A stretch of 64,000 nucleotides of DNA from Candidatus Obscuribacteraceae bacterium (GTDB taxonomy: Bacteria; Cyanobacteriota; Vampirovibrionia; Obscuribacterales; Obscuribacteraceae). The stretch lies in NCBI GenBank assembly GCA_044229845.1, contig JBGASG010000010.1:96001-160000 (forward strand). The letters run 5' to 3'. The translations under genes were made by a program, and so were the position numbers. Below, piece by piece: positions 50,118 through 59,795 of the stretch (within the stretch, counting starts at the first letter, position 1; each line of letters begins with the position of its first letter). The notes under the pieces are model-generated. The model was not told the DNA's origin. It was given only the letters and a program-made list of their open reading frames with translations, and ran no database searches.

Positions 50118-52250
50118 ATGACCAACGACGGAAAAGAGCTTAGGCTCGGTCCTGGAACCGTAATCGACAATCGATTCGAAATTGTCGCGTTTCTCGGTGC
50201 AGGCGGAATGGGCTCGGTCTATCGAGCCAGACAACTGGAATTCAATCGTGATGTCGCAATCAAATTTCTGCATCGCCGATTTTGCGAGGACGTCTCAGCC
50301 GTAAAGAGATTTCAAAGAGAAGCCAAAATCGTTGCCAAGCTTCAGCACAAGAACATACTAACGGCATACGCATTTGGAGGTTTCGAAGGACACATCTATT
50401 TAGCGACAGAGTTCGTCGGAGGGCGCTCGCTCGGGGCAATGATCCACGAACGGGGTCCAATTCCACCCGAGCAAGCACTTCCGCTGTTAGTGGACATCTG
50501 TGATGCGATGCAGTACGCGCACCAACAAGACGTTTTGCACCGAGATCTGAAACCAGACAATGTACTAATCGTTGCTGAGCCCGGTAAATCTGCCACGGCA
50601 AAGGTGCTGGACTTCGGTCTTTCCAAACTACTTGGGTCGAATAATGCAGGAAAACTGACACGGACGGGAGAAGTAGTTGGAGACCCCCGCTACATGAGCC
50701 CGGAACAATGCCAAGGACAAAGGTTGGACGAAAGATCCGATATCTACTCGTTTGGTTGCCTGATGTATGAGGTTCTTTCTGGAGTGTGGCCTTTCGAAAG
50801 AGATGATGCTGTGGCAATCATGCAGTGTCACCTTTCGCACCAACCAGAATCGTTTGCTCGTCGCTTGGGATTGCCGTTGGCGCTGGAGGCGATCTGTTTC
50901 ACGGCAATGTCCAAAAGGCCCAACGACAGATTTGAGTCATTTGACGCGTTGAGCAAACACCTGAAAGACGTTCTGGCAAATCCCAATCTGACCATAGCAA
51001 TGCCATCAAGGCACGGAGCGAGACCCAAGCTAGCAATTCGGCCATTAGCACTGGCTTCAGTGCTAATTTCGATAGTGGCGGGAATCGCCTTGCTGGCATT
51101 TGCACCCCCGGACATATGGCTCGCCCGCATACAAAATGCTCTACCCACAGACACTAAAACCAACTTGGAAAATTCCCTCAAGCTCGCCGCATTCCACTTC
51201 GGAAGAGGCGACCTAGAAGAGTCTGCTAGCTTGTACACGAGCGCACAGCATTTAGCAGAAGAGCTACGAAACGATGAAGCCTCCCTGCTGAGTACATCAG
51301 GTTTGGTGTCGGTGCGTGTTCAACAGCACGACGACAAGGAGGTCGTTTCCACTTGCGAACTGCTGCTTGCTGAGGGAGTGCAGCTTTTGAAAGGACCTGG
51401 CGCGCCAGCAGAAACTGCAAACAGTGCCATCAGAAATGGAGTATCCGAGCTAATAAGGCTGAATCCGAGTGAAGCATTGCCACTCTCCCGTGAGCTTGCC
51501 GATCTATACAAAGCTCGAAAATTGAATGGTGATGCAAGAAAGATACTGGAACTGATCGCACCAGTCGGCGGAGACGTGGAGCGAGCCAACAACTATTTCG
51601 CGCTTGGACAACTCGCTCTTCAGGATGCCGACAAGACGGCTGCGGCCTCGTACTTCGACCGGGCTATCTCTACCGCTCCTGGAGGCTCTTATAGAATGTT
51701 AATCATGCAGCTAGTCGGCTCCGCACTGATGACAGCCGGCGACTTCAAAAGTGCTTTGGAATATTGGAAAAAATTGGAAGTCGATGTAAAAGGAAAAGCG
51801 TATCCCGGGCGTTCTCAGCTGTACATGTGCATGGGTGACTGCTACGCAAACCTTCATGAACTTCCGCCGGCAAGGGATTTCTATAGCGCTGCGGTTTCTA
51901 TTGAGGAGCAAAAGCAAACTCCCTCTTACGCCATTCTTGTTCCCAGCGTTCATGGTGCGGGGCTGAGTGAATTCGCTCTTGCTGACTTTGCAAGCGCCGA
52001 GCAGTCTTTCAAAAAAGAGATTCAAATACTGGAGAGTCAGCCCTCGAAAGACGAGAGGCAGCTCATACAGGCAATGTCAATGCTCGGTGACTCTCTGACT
52101 TTTCAAAAGCGGGAGCAAGATGCCCATACACAATTTGAACGAGCTCTAGAATTGATTCAAAATTCGAGAGCCGGAGCTGGACTCGAATCAATTCGTCAAA
52201 GTTTGGTTCAGAAGCTGGCACGAACCAGCGCCACCAGCGCTGGACACTGA
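50118..52250 (+). CDS. Membrane Ser/Thr protein kinase with TPR domain
   Basis: GAGGMG, HRDLKPDN, DFG, YMSPE; TM; TPR-like repeats. Confidence 0.93.
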   Translation: MTNDGKELRLGPGTVIDNRFEIVAFLGAGGMGSVYRARQLEFNRDVAIKFLHRRFCEDVSAVKRFQREAKIVAKLQHKNILTAYAFGGFEGHIYLATEFVGGRSLGAMIHERGPIPPEQALPLLVDICDAMQYAHQQDVLHRDLKPDNVLIVAEPGKSATAKVLDFGLSKLLGSNNAGKLTRTGEVVGDPRYMSPEQCQGQRLDERSDIYSFGCLMYEVLSGVWPFERDDAVAIMQCHLSHQPESFARRLGLPLALEAICFTAMSKRPNDRFESFDALSKHLKDVLANPNLTIAMPSRHGARPKLAIRPLALASVLISIVAGIALLAFAPPDIWLARIQNALPTDTKTNLENSLKLAAFHFGRGDLEESASLYTSAQHLAEELRNDEASLLSTSGLVSVRVQQHDDKEVVSTCELLLAEGVQLLKGPGAPAETANSAIRNGVSELIRLNPSEALPLSRELADLYKARKLNGDARKILELIAPVGGDVERANNYFALGQLALQDADKTAAASYFDRAISTAPGGSYRMLIMQLVGSALMTAGDFKSALEYWKKLEVDVKGKAYPGRSQLYMCMGDCYANLHELPPARDFYSAAVSIEEQKQTPSYAILVPSVHGAGLSEFALADFASAEQSFKKEIQILESQPSKDERQLIQAMSMLGDSLTFQKREQDAHTQFERALELIQNSRAGAGLESIRQSLVQKLARTSATSAGH

Positions 52251-52256
52251 GAATTC

Positions 52257-54626
52257 TCAGTGCCCCGGAGAATCGCCGCTCCTGATGAGATTTGGCATGT
52301 ATTTTTTTTCAATGTCGTGCCAGCTTGACTCTGCCTGTCCCGCGCGTCTAGCTGCCGCATGTGCATCTCTGCAATGCTTATCATCGTACTGAGCTTCAGC
52401 GTCGTGAAGCAGCGGAGAACGGTCGATAATCAACGCTCTCTCATACACCCTCGCAGCATCCGCCCACCTGCCTAGCTTAGTCATCGATACGGCTAGCGAG
52501 CGCAGAGAGTAGAGTTGCTGATGCGCCAACTCGACTGCCTCCTTCTGATTCGCTGCCACTGATGACATAGCCACCAGAATCTCATATCGATGAGCGAAGG
52601 TTTTCGACGCAGTATCGAACTGCCCCGTGTTGACTTGGGAATTCCCCAGTGCCAAAAGCAACTTTACCAGGTAAGGATTCGCTTCCGCCTCGGGATGCTC
52701 CGTTTTCTTCCAGGCTGCCATCGCCGCTTCGAATGCTTGCCGAGCCTCCAAAGCATGCCCTTGCTTCACCAAGATATCGCCTTTAGTGTTGAAGATTGCC
52801 ACTTCGCTCAAATAGCTTTTCTGCGCAGACCTATTTGCAAATCCTGCAGCCTGATTCGCATACTTCAGAGCTTGATCATATTTTCCGGCATTGAGAAACA
52901 GCGCAGCAGCATTGTTGCAGACGCTGGCACGCGCATTATCGGTCTTGCTTAAACTAATGGCTTCATCTAAATAGCTTTGAGCGTTTGGAAAGTTTCCTTG
53001 ACTAACGTCAACGGCGGCGTGATTGTATAAGTACCGAAGAGCAAGCTCCTCACTCTTCGGAGTGGTCGTGATCAGGCTCAACAGCTTTTGCGCTTTCAAA
53101 TTTTGTTGGCGATTTTTATACACTTCGACAAGTGGAACAATCTCATTCTCGACGCTCTCACCAGATGCGATGGCAGCTTTTGCCGCAAGAACTCTTTGCA
53201 GTCGCGTGTCCACGATATCGCTAGCGAGGCCAGTTTTTACCAATTGCGTCCCGTGCTTTATTACTTGATTTGCTGCTGTCCAGTTATCATCCAGCTTGTT
53301 CTTATTCACATATTCGGCAGCTTCGTACCACGAGTTGAATTTGTCGATTTCTTGCTTGTTTTGCTCAGGAAGTTCTGCAATTTCGGCCAAAGCTGTCAGA
53401 TGCGGCAGAACCTCCGTTCTCCGCTGATGCTTGTCGAGAACGGTAGCCAATTTGCGGTGCGCTTCAATCGCTTGCTCGAGTGTCGAGTTTTGCTTGTCGG
53501 CAACAACTTTGTTGTAGTAATCGATTTGCAGATTGTCGAAGTTGACGTAAAGCCATCCGGCTCCCGCCGCAGCAAGCAACACTGCCACCAGAATACCGAT
53601 GTGCATCTTGGTGTAATGCCGCCGTTTCCTCGCAGGCTTTTGCTGGCTGATGCGCACGACAGTGGTGCTGTTGCGATTGATGCTGGCGAGTGCTCCAACC
53701 ACTTCGTTCATTGTTTGAAAGCGGTTGTCCGGATCCTTCTCCAGACACTTAGCGATGATTCGCTCCAGATCAAGCGATACCTCCTGCCCCGGCATGGCTT
53801 CCGAGAGAAGCGGCGGTTTCTCCTGCAATTGCAGATACATGGTGGCAAGCGGCGTCTCACCTTCAAGAGGCGGATCGCCGACAATTATCTCGAACATCAC
53901 ACTGCCGAATGAATAGATGTCCGACCGCGCATCCAGCGGTCGCCCCGTGCACTGCTCCGGGCTCATGTAGGCAGGCGTTCCAAACACTGCGCCGGCACGC
54001 GTCAACTGCTGAACCTGCTCGCCTTCGTGGGGCATCAATTTTGCGATACCGAAGTCGACCAGTTTTACAACATCATCTTCGGCGCTTTCAAATTCGTGCA
54101 CCAGCATGATGTTGCTCGGTTTGAGATCGCGGTGAACGATGCCCTGTGAGTGCGCATGTTCCAGAGCTGCTGCGGTTTGCCTGAAGATCGGCAAAGCCCG
54201 ATCGACCGGCACGCGTTTGTCCTCACGAAGTATCTCGTCAAGACTGATGCCCTCGAGATAATCCATCACCAGATACACGCCCAGCTCCGAAGCGTTGAAT
54301 GCGTAGACCTGAATGATGTTGGGATGCTTGAGTTGGCTGATTGCTTTCGCTTCGTACTGGAAGCGTTGCAGCGCCTCGTGCGATGCGACGCTTCCTTTGA
54401 GCAGCATCTTCACAGCCACGATGCGGTCGAGGAAAAGATCTTTCGCTTTGTAGACGACGCTCATGCCGCCCTTGCCGAGCAGCGAGATTATCTCGTATCG
54501 CTCGTCGATTGTGGACCCAACTTGACCAAGAATGTCTTGCTCAGACTGACGCTGACCATCAGCCCGGGTAACATCTTGTTCTTGATCGGAAATCGACGTC
54601 ATGTCGGTTGGTTCCTCGGGATCCAC
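52257..54626 (-). CDS. Membrane Ser/Thr protein kinase with TPR domain
   Basis: GKGGMS, HRDLKPSN, DFG, YMSPE; TM; TPR-like repeats. Confidence 0.93.
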   Translation of the reverse strand: MDPEEPTDMTSISDQEQDVTRADGQRQSEQDILGQVGSTIDERYEIISLLGKGGMSVVYKAKDLFLDRIVAVKMLLKGSVASHEALQRFQYEAKAISQLKHPNIIQVYAFNASELGVYLVMDYLEGISLDEILREDKRVPVDRALPIFRQTAAALEHAHSQGIVHRDLKPSNIMLVHEFESAEDDVVKLVDFGIAKLMPHEGEQVQQLTRAGAVFGTPAYMSPEQCTGRPLDARSDIYSFGSVMFEIIVGDPPLEGETPLATMYLQLQEKPPLLSEAMPGQEVSLDLERIIAKCLEKDPDNRFQTMNEVVGALASINRNSTTVVRISQQKPARKRRHYTKMHIGILVAVLLAAAGAGWLYVNFDNLQIDYYNKVVADKQNSTLEQAIEAHRKLATVLDKHQRRTEVLPHLTALAEIAELPEQNKQEIDKFNSWYEAAEYVNKNKLDDNWTAANQVIKHGTQLVKTGLASDIVDTRLQRVLAAKAAIASGESVENEIVPLVEVYKNRQQNLKAQKLLSLITTTPKSEELALRYLYNHAAVDVSQGNFPNAQSYLDEAISLSKTDNARASVCNNAAALFLNAGKYDQALKYANQAAGFANRSAQKSYLSEVAIFNTKGDILVKQGHALEARQAFEAAMAAWKKTEHPEAEANPYLVKLLLALGNSQVNTGQFDTASKTFAHRYEILVAMSSVAANQKEAVELAHQQLYSLRSLAVSMTKLGRWADAARVYERALIIDRSPLLHDAEAQYDDKHCRDAHAAARRAGQAESSWHDIEKKYMPNLIRSGDSPGH

Positions 54627-55004
54627 TTTAGCCGTTCCCCAAACGTAGCGCTGTCCAGCATCGCCCGCGGTGCCAGCTGCATGGTACCGGCCATGATGCC
54701 CAAAAGCAACAGCCGCACCGTGAACAGATGGCTAGGTTATCAGCCACCAGCTATGTTCACCGCACTGCAATGGCTGGAGCGGGCTCCAGCACTTCCTCTT
54801 CCAATCTTCACTCCTGCGGACCCAACCCTAGCAACCCGGGTCCTTAGCATGAGGAGTTAAATCCACTATGCCAGCTCGGAGTCAATTTGGCAATTGGAAA
54901 GCGACCAGCCGTGTCGTTTGCGAGTTTCACCACTGCGCAATTCGCGACTTTATCAGAACAACCGGGCACAATAGAAACAGATTCAGAGCGCAGGAGAGTT
55001 GCGC

Positions 55005-56363
55005 ATGCCGCAAATCGAAACTGGTGACTCAGAAAAGAAGCGCGATAGTCGAGACAGCGACCATGTTGTTACTTCACACAAGGTCGCTGGAGAAAGCATC
55101 AGTGGCGAGCCGATGGCTCCCGCCTACGAGCCGAAGTTCAAGTCATTCTCGAGCGTAGCCAAGCAAGGTGTCGATCAGGTTTTGCACACTGTATCCCAGT
55201 TTTGCATTGAGGACAAGGAGCAAGGCAAGCTCATAACCGCCAATGGTGAAAAGTCAGCTTGGGAGCCAAGACCGTCGTTTATGGAGGGACTCAGGCAAGC
55301 AGTCCAGGGGCGTTCAAGAAACGAGGCAGAACTCCGCCAAGCGGAGTTTTCCATTGCGTACATGACTAGAAAGGCCGCTCAATTCTTCCAGGATGCTTCT
55401 AGCGACCTTGTAGATGGACTCAAACGATGCTTTGGACAGGAAAGCTCTAGCGAAAAGATGACTGAGAGCCAGGAGTCAGCTTCTGACCGAGGTGAACCAG
55501 CTGTTCCCGCCGCCGAGCAGAGTACACCTACGCCGTCAGGAATAACTGATCAATCTCTGACTGGAATTTCTGAAACTCCGAGCGTCCCAAATCAGGCTGC
55601 TCAGAGCGAATCTAGTCATCAAAACCCAGACGGGATGCGGCAAGCTGACTTGCGCGACACCGTCGATGGCGTCCTAATTGCTCAAGAACCTTCGCAAACT
55701 GGCAGTAACTGGCTGAACGAAAAATGGATTCAGGGTGAAGCCAGGAAACTGCTGGACGTGACAAAGCAAGTGAAAGACAAGTACCTTTATGAAGAAAGTG
55801 GAAGTCTTCATCAAGTGCACAGCGTGCCCGAAGCGGTCATCTCCAACTACAGAGCTCTGCTGAACTCGCCAAAGCGCGACCAGGGTGAATTTCACACCGC
55901 GATCGCCCGCAAGCATGAAGACGGGAAGCCCGATATGCTGATGGCTTCGCCGACCTTCTTCACGCATGGAACCAAATTGCTTATTCCGGACCGAACCCCA
56001 GACCGAAAACTGCGATTACTGCCTTACGAGCTTCATCTGTCCCCCGATATTCAGTCATTCGGCAAGGACTTCAAAGTTGAGACTTTGATGCACACGCATC
56101 CACACACCTCGGATAAGGAGCTGGATCCCAACTCTTTTAGCGGCCCCGACAAGGATCAAGCTGACTCATTCCAGAACCAAACCTCGACGACTGTCAGAAG
56201 TTTCCTGCTTACACCAGACAACAAGCTTTTGGTCTATGTGCCCAGAGAGAAACAAGCCAACCCAAGTGGGGAGGAAGTTGGCGTCTTTCTACCGGACGGG
56301 TCCTTCAAGATTACCAATGAGAGATACAAGAAAGAATTCTCGCCCTTCTCCAAAGCAAACTAA
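55005..56363 (+). CDS. Putative polymorphic toxin 1: conserved N-terminus plus JAB/MPN-like (DUF4329-like) C-terminus
   Basis: AGGAG SD; N-terminus shared with 57475 and 59796; YEESG...MHTHP...FSGPD...LLTPD. Confidence 0.7.
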   Translation: MPQIETGDSEKKRDSRDSDHVVTSHKVAGESISGEPMAPAYEPKFKSFSSVAKQGVDQVLHTVSQFCIEDKEQGKLITANGEKSAWEPRPSFMEGLRQAVQGRSRNEAELRQAEFSIAYMTRKAAQFFQDASSDLVDGLKRCFGQESSSEKMTESQESASDRGEPAVPAAEQSTPTPSGITDQSLTGISETPSVPNQAAQSESSHQNPDGMRQADLRDTVDGVLIAQEPSQTGSNWLNEKWIQGEARKLLDVTKQVKDKYLYEESGSLHQVHSVPEAVISNYRALLNSPKRDQGEFHTAIARKHEDGKPDMLMASPTFFTHGTKLLIPDRTPDRKLRLLPYELHLSPDIQSFGKDFKVETLMHTHPHTSDKELDPNSFSGPDKDQADSFQNQTSTTVRSFLLTPDNKLLVYVPREKQANPSGEEVGVFLPDGSFKITNERYKKEFSPFSKAN

Positions 56364-56411
56364 TTCTACTGGAGACATCACCTGTATTTTCGAGAGCCTA
56401 TCGATTGGTAC

Positions 56412-56909
56412 ATGCTGGTCTGTGTCGTGCTGTCCCTTGCGCTGTGCAGGGATTGCTGCTTCCTGATGGCCGTTGGTTTTTTCTCTCTGGCATCCAAGGC
56501 TTGTACTCTTCTGCTTTTTGGAAAAAGGTCGCAAATCAATCCTTGGGCGGTTCGATTTGCAATTGGTCTTTTGCTGGGCGCCTGCAATGCGGCTGCGGTC
56601 GATCGACTTCTATGCCTGTGGGCGGACTTTGGGAAATTTGCTCATTTAGACGCTCTTGACGCCTACTTAGGATCGCTTACAAATCTTCTTCCCGCAGCGC
56701 TCGTCGAAGTGTTTCTAATATCGGTGGTTCCATTCGTCGTGTGGTGCGTGTTGGTCGGGTCCGATTTGTTAATCTTAGCCTTGCTTCGGAGATGTTCGTT
56801 TAGGCTCGTGTCTGCACTTTGCCTGATAAATCTGCCCCTCACCCTCTGGGTGGTGACAATATTGGTCTGGGTACCCATGCATGGACATCGAGTATCCACC
56901 TATGACTGA
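56412..56909 (+). CDS. Hydrophobic membrane protein, putative cognate partner/immunity 1
   Basis: About four TM segments directly after toxin 1; may start at CTG 56382. Confidence 0.55.
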   Translation: MLVCVVLSLALCRDCCFLMAVGFFSLASKACTLLLFGKRSQINPWAVRFAIGLLLGACNAAAVDRLLCLWADFGKFAHLDALDAYLGSLTNLLPAALVEVFLISVVPFVVWCVLVGSDLLILALLRRCSFRLVSALCLINLPLTLWVVTILVWVPMHGHRVSTYD

Positions 56910-57045
56910 GATACAGTTCGTATCCGCTCCCAGCAAGCATCGGACACACAGGCAAAGAAAGAGTTCTGCGAGGCCCGGATCGCTCCAGTGTCACCGCATG
57001 CGGTATCACGCGGATCGGCAAACACCGGCAGACAGAGAGCAAAGC

Positions 57046-57345
57046 ATCAATGCGGCAAAGCACACGTTAAGTGCAGACGCCTGCAAATCTCAACCACAAA
57101 AGATTCGTTTCCTCATCCGCCATCGCCGCCCCCGATGGCTCCACTCGCACACCGCGTCGGCCAGATCAACTAGATCATCCGGGACGGAGAAAGCCCGAAC
57201 TGGGGCTGGGGTGAGCAGATTACCAGGAATGTAGGCTATCCACGTATCGACCGGCGGAAGACATATCGCACCAGAATACGGGTTGATGAAAGGGCTGAGA
57301 CAGGCTGAGCCCGGTTCGGCAATTTGCTCCAAGCCGGCTCCCTAC
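57046..57345 (-). pseudogene. Internally deleted remnant of the gene at 61726-62397
   Basis: Retains QIAEPG, PPVDTWIAYI, VPDDLVDLADA; SD, ATG and the middle of the gene are deleted. Confidence 0.85.
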
Positions 57346-57474
57346 AAACATCGGGATCTGGCGCCAATCTATAGATTCCAGTTCGCGAGTTCACCAATGG
57401 GCACTTCGCGACATTATCAGAACAACCGGGCACAATAGAGATAGGGACAGATTCACAGTGCAGGAGAGTTGCGC

Positions 57475-58647
57475 ATGCCGCAAATCGAAACTGGTGACTC
57501 CGGAAAGACGCGCGACAGTCGAGATGTCGACCATGTTACTTCACACAAGGTCGCTGGAGAAAGCATCAGCGGTGAGCCGATGGCGCCCGCCTACGAGCCG
57601 AAGTTCAAGTCATTCTCTGGTATAGCCAAGCAAGGCGTAGACCAGGTTTTGCACACTGTGTCCCAGTTCTGCATTGAGGACAAGGAGCAAGGCAAGCTCA
57701 TAACGGCCACTGGAGAAAAGCCAGCATACGAGCCAAGACCCTCATTCCTGGAAGGATTGAAGCAAGCGGTACAGGGGCATTCGAAGGAAGAGGCTGACCG
57801 TCTTCAAGCTGAATTCTCGATCGCTTACATGACCAGAAAGGCGACTCAATTCTTTCAAGATGCCTCGGGCAGCATCGTTAGCGGATTTCAGCGATGCGTA
57901 GGTTTGGATGACTCAAATCAGAAAAATTCAGTAAAGCAAAACCTGGGCCTCGATCAGGAAACTGGACAGCAAACGATAACCATCGGCAAGAGAACATATC
58001 CAGCGTCTGACATAACCGGCCAATCTCTGGCGCAGATGTCTGATGTCCCAAATCAAACAGTGCCCGACGAATTGGAACATCGCAAGTTCGACTCCGGTGG
58101 AAAATGGATTTCAGCTTACCAAATTGATTACTCTGGGAAGAAGCCATTTTCGGGTGCGCCAGATGATGTCTTTGTGATCACAGCCGAGGGCCATCCGGGA
58201 AAACTGATGAAAGAGAGTCGACTTTGGGTTTTGGATGGCGAGCGGCTAAGCCTCCACACCCTTTCCGCGCTTGTTGTACACCTGCCAGAGCGGCGCTTTT
58301 TTCCATCGGGGCGACGTCTGTTGCTTGTGAATGCATGCAAGAGCGGAAAGTCTGTCGAAAGTTCAGGCGATGAAATGATCGAGCCAGGAATCTCGGGACG
58401 AAGTGCTGCAGCTCAGTTGGCAGTATTGTCCGACAGTTGGACTATTGGCGCGGCCGGTGATATCAATTCAGATACTGGTGAGGTTTACACGATAGGAAAC
58501 CTGGGGCAACACGTTCCATCGAAATGGATATTATTCGATCCCAAAGGAATCCCTCGCTTGGAATTCGGCGCAAAAATGACAGAGGAAGATTGGCAAAGAG
58601 CCGAATCTCTGTCCCGAAAGAAGTTGGACTGGGCGGAGCAGCGCTAA
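57475..58647 (+). CDS. Putative polymorphic toxin 2: conserved N-terminus plus caspase/peptidase C80-like C-terminus
   Basis: VFVITAEGH...LLLVNACKSG...AAAQLA...WILFDP. Confidence 0.65.
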   Translation: MPQIETGDSGKTRDSRDVDHVTSHKVAGESISGEPMAPAYEPKFKSFSGIAKQGVDQVLHTVSQFCIEDKEQGKLITATGEKPAYEPRPSFLEGLKQAVQGHSKEEADRLQAEFSIAYMTRKATQFFQDASGSIVSGFQRCVGLDDSNQKNSVKQNLGLDQETGQQTITIGKRTYPASDITGQSLAQMSDVPNQTVPDELEHRKFDSGGKWISAYQIDYSGKKPFSGAPDDVFVITAEGHPGKLMKESRLWVLDGERLSLHTLSALVVHLPERRFFPSGRRLLLVNACKSGKSVESSGDEMIEPGISGRSAAAQLAVLSDSWTIGAAGDINSDTGEVYTIGNLGQHVPSKWILFDPKGIPRLEFGAKMTEEDWQRAESLSRKKLDWAEQR

Positions 58648-59390
58648 TGGCAGGGGCGATTGCCATCACGGATGATTTCAACGAAGCCTACCCATGCGAA
58701 GACTCTTGGGCTGCAGTGTTCGTCCTTCCCGCTATCGTAACCACCGTGCCGTTCATGTTGCTATTACCGTCTGTTCAGGCTTTCGCTTCGCCCTTTTGTG
58801 AACTGTCGTACCCGGTTACTTTCATTTGCTGCATTCCTTGGCTAAGGCATATTTTGAGGGCTGCGCGTTTCTTGCTTTTTTCGTCAGACTTGACGGCAGT
58901 CGCCAGGTTTTTCTCCATGCTCGCCATCGCGGGTCTCGCCTTCAATGCATTAGTCCAAATCGCATCTGGAATACTATTCGACATCGCACGCCATCAATTA
59001 GGACCTGTTTTCCACGAGGACAATTTCGTCCAAACGATGGTGTTTGTCGTGCTGGCTGTAGTGGGATCTTTTTATGGCACGTGCTACTTGGTTCACAGAA
59101 TCAAACAACAGAGATTGTTGTCGGTGAGTTCGGAGATTGGCACCTCGACTATCCTTTTCTTGGCATCAATACTTCCAGCTGCTTCAATATTTGTCGTCTA
59201 TCTTGCCGCAGAGCATATCCCTAGTTTGGCCGGAGTAATCCGCGCTGTGGGAAGTAGTTCCATCACCTACATTTACTACTTCGGTCTGGCTTTGTCTTAC
59301 CTTATGACTTTCGGTGGACTCAAGCTAGTCAGCGCGGATCGGCAAGCATCGGCAGAAAGCAAGGCATCAATCCGGCAAAGCACACGCTAA
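58647..59390 (+). CDS. Multi-pass membrane protein, putative cognate partner/immunity 2
   Basis: TAATG coupling to toxin 2; about six TM; paralogue of 60997-61749. Confidence 0.7.
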   Translation: MAGAIAITDDFNEAYPCEDSWAAVFVLPAIVTTVPFMLLLPSVQAFASPFCELSYPVTFICCIPWLRHILRAARFLLFSSDLTAVARFFSMLAIAGLAFNALVQIASGILFDIARHQLGPVFHEDNFVQTMVFVVLAVVGSFYGTCYLVHRIKQQRLLSVSSEIGTSTILFLASILPAASIFVVYLAAEHIPSLAGVIRAVGSSSITYIYYFGLALSYLMTFGGLKLVSADRQASAESKASIRQSTR

Positions 59391-59666
59391 GTGCAGACGC
59401 CTGCAAATCTCAACCACAAAAGATTCGTTTCCTCATCCGCCATCGCCGCCCCCGATGGCTCCACTCGCACACCGCGTCGGCCAGATCAACTAGATCAATC
59501 CGGGACGGAGAAAGCCCGAACTGGGGCTGGGGTGAGCAGATTACCAGGAATGTAGGCTATCCACGTATCGACCGGCGGAAGACATATCGCACCAGAATAC
59601 GGGTTGATGAAAGGGCTGAGACAGGCTGAGCCCGGTTCGGCAATTTGCTCCAAGCCGGCTCCCTAC
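59367..59666 (-). pseudogene. Second internally deleted remnant of the gene at 61726-62397
   Basis: Near-identical to 57046-57345, with one extra base (tagatcaatcc). Confidence 0.85.
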
Positions 59667-59795
59667 AAACATCGGGATCTGGCGCCAATCTATAGATTCC
59701 AGTTCGCGAGTTCACCAATGGGCACTTCGCGACATTATCAGAACAACCGGGCACAATAGAGATAGGGACAGATTCACAGTGCAGGAGAGTTGCGC

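Noticed and set aside
58524..58646. Longer N-terminus for partner 2 given by the ORF track
   Set aside because: Overlaps toxin 2; homology with partner 3 begins at ATG 58647
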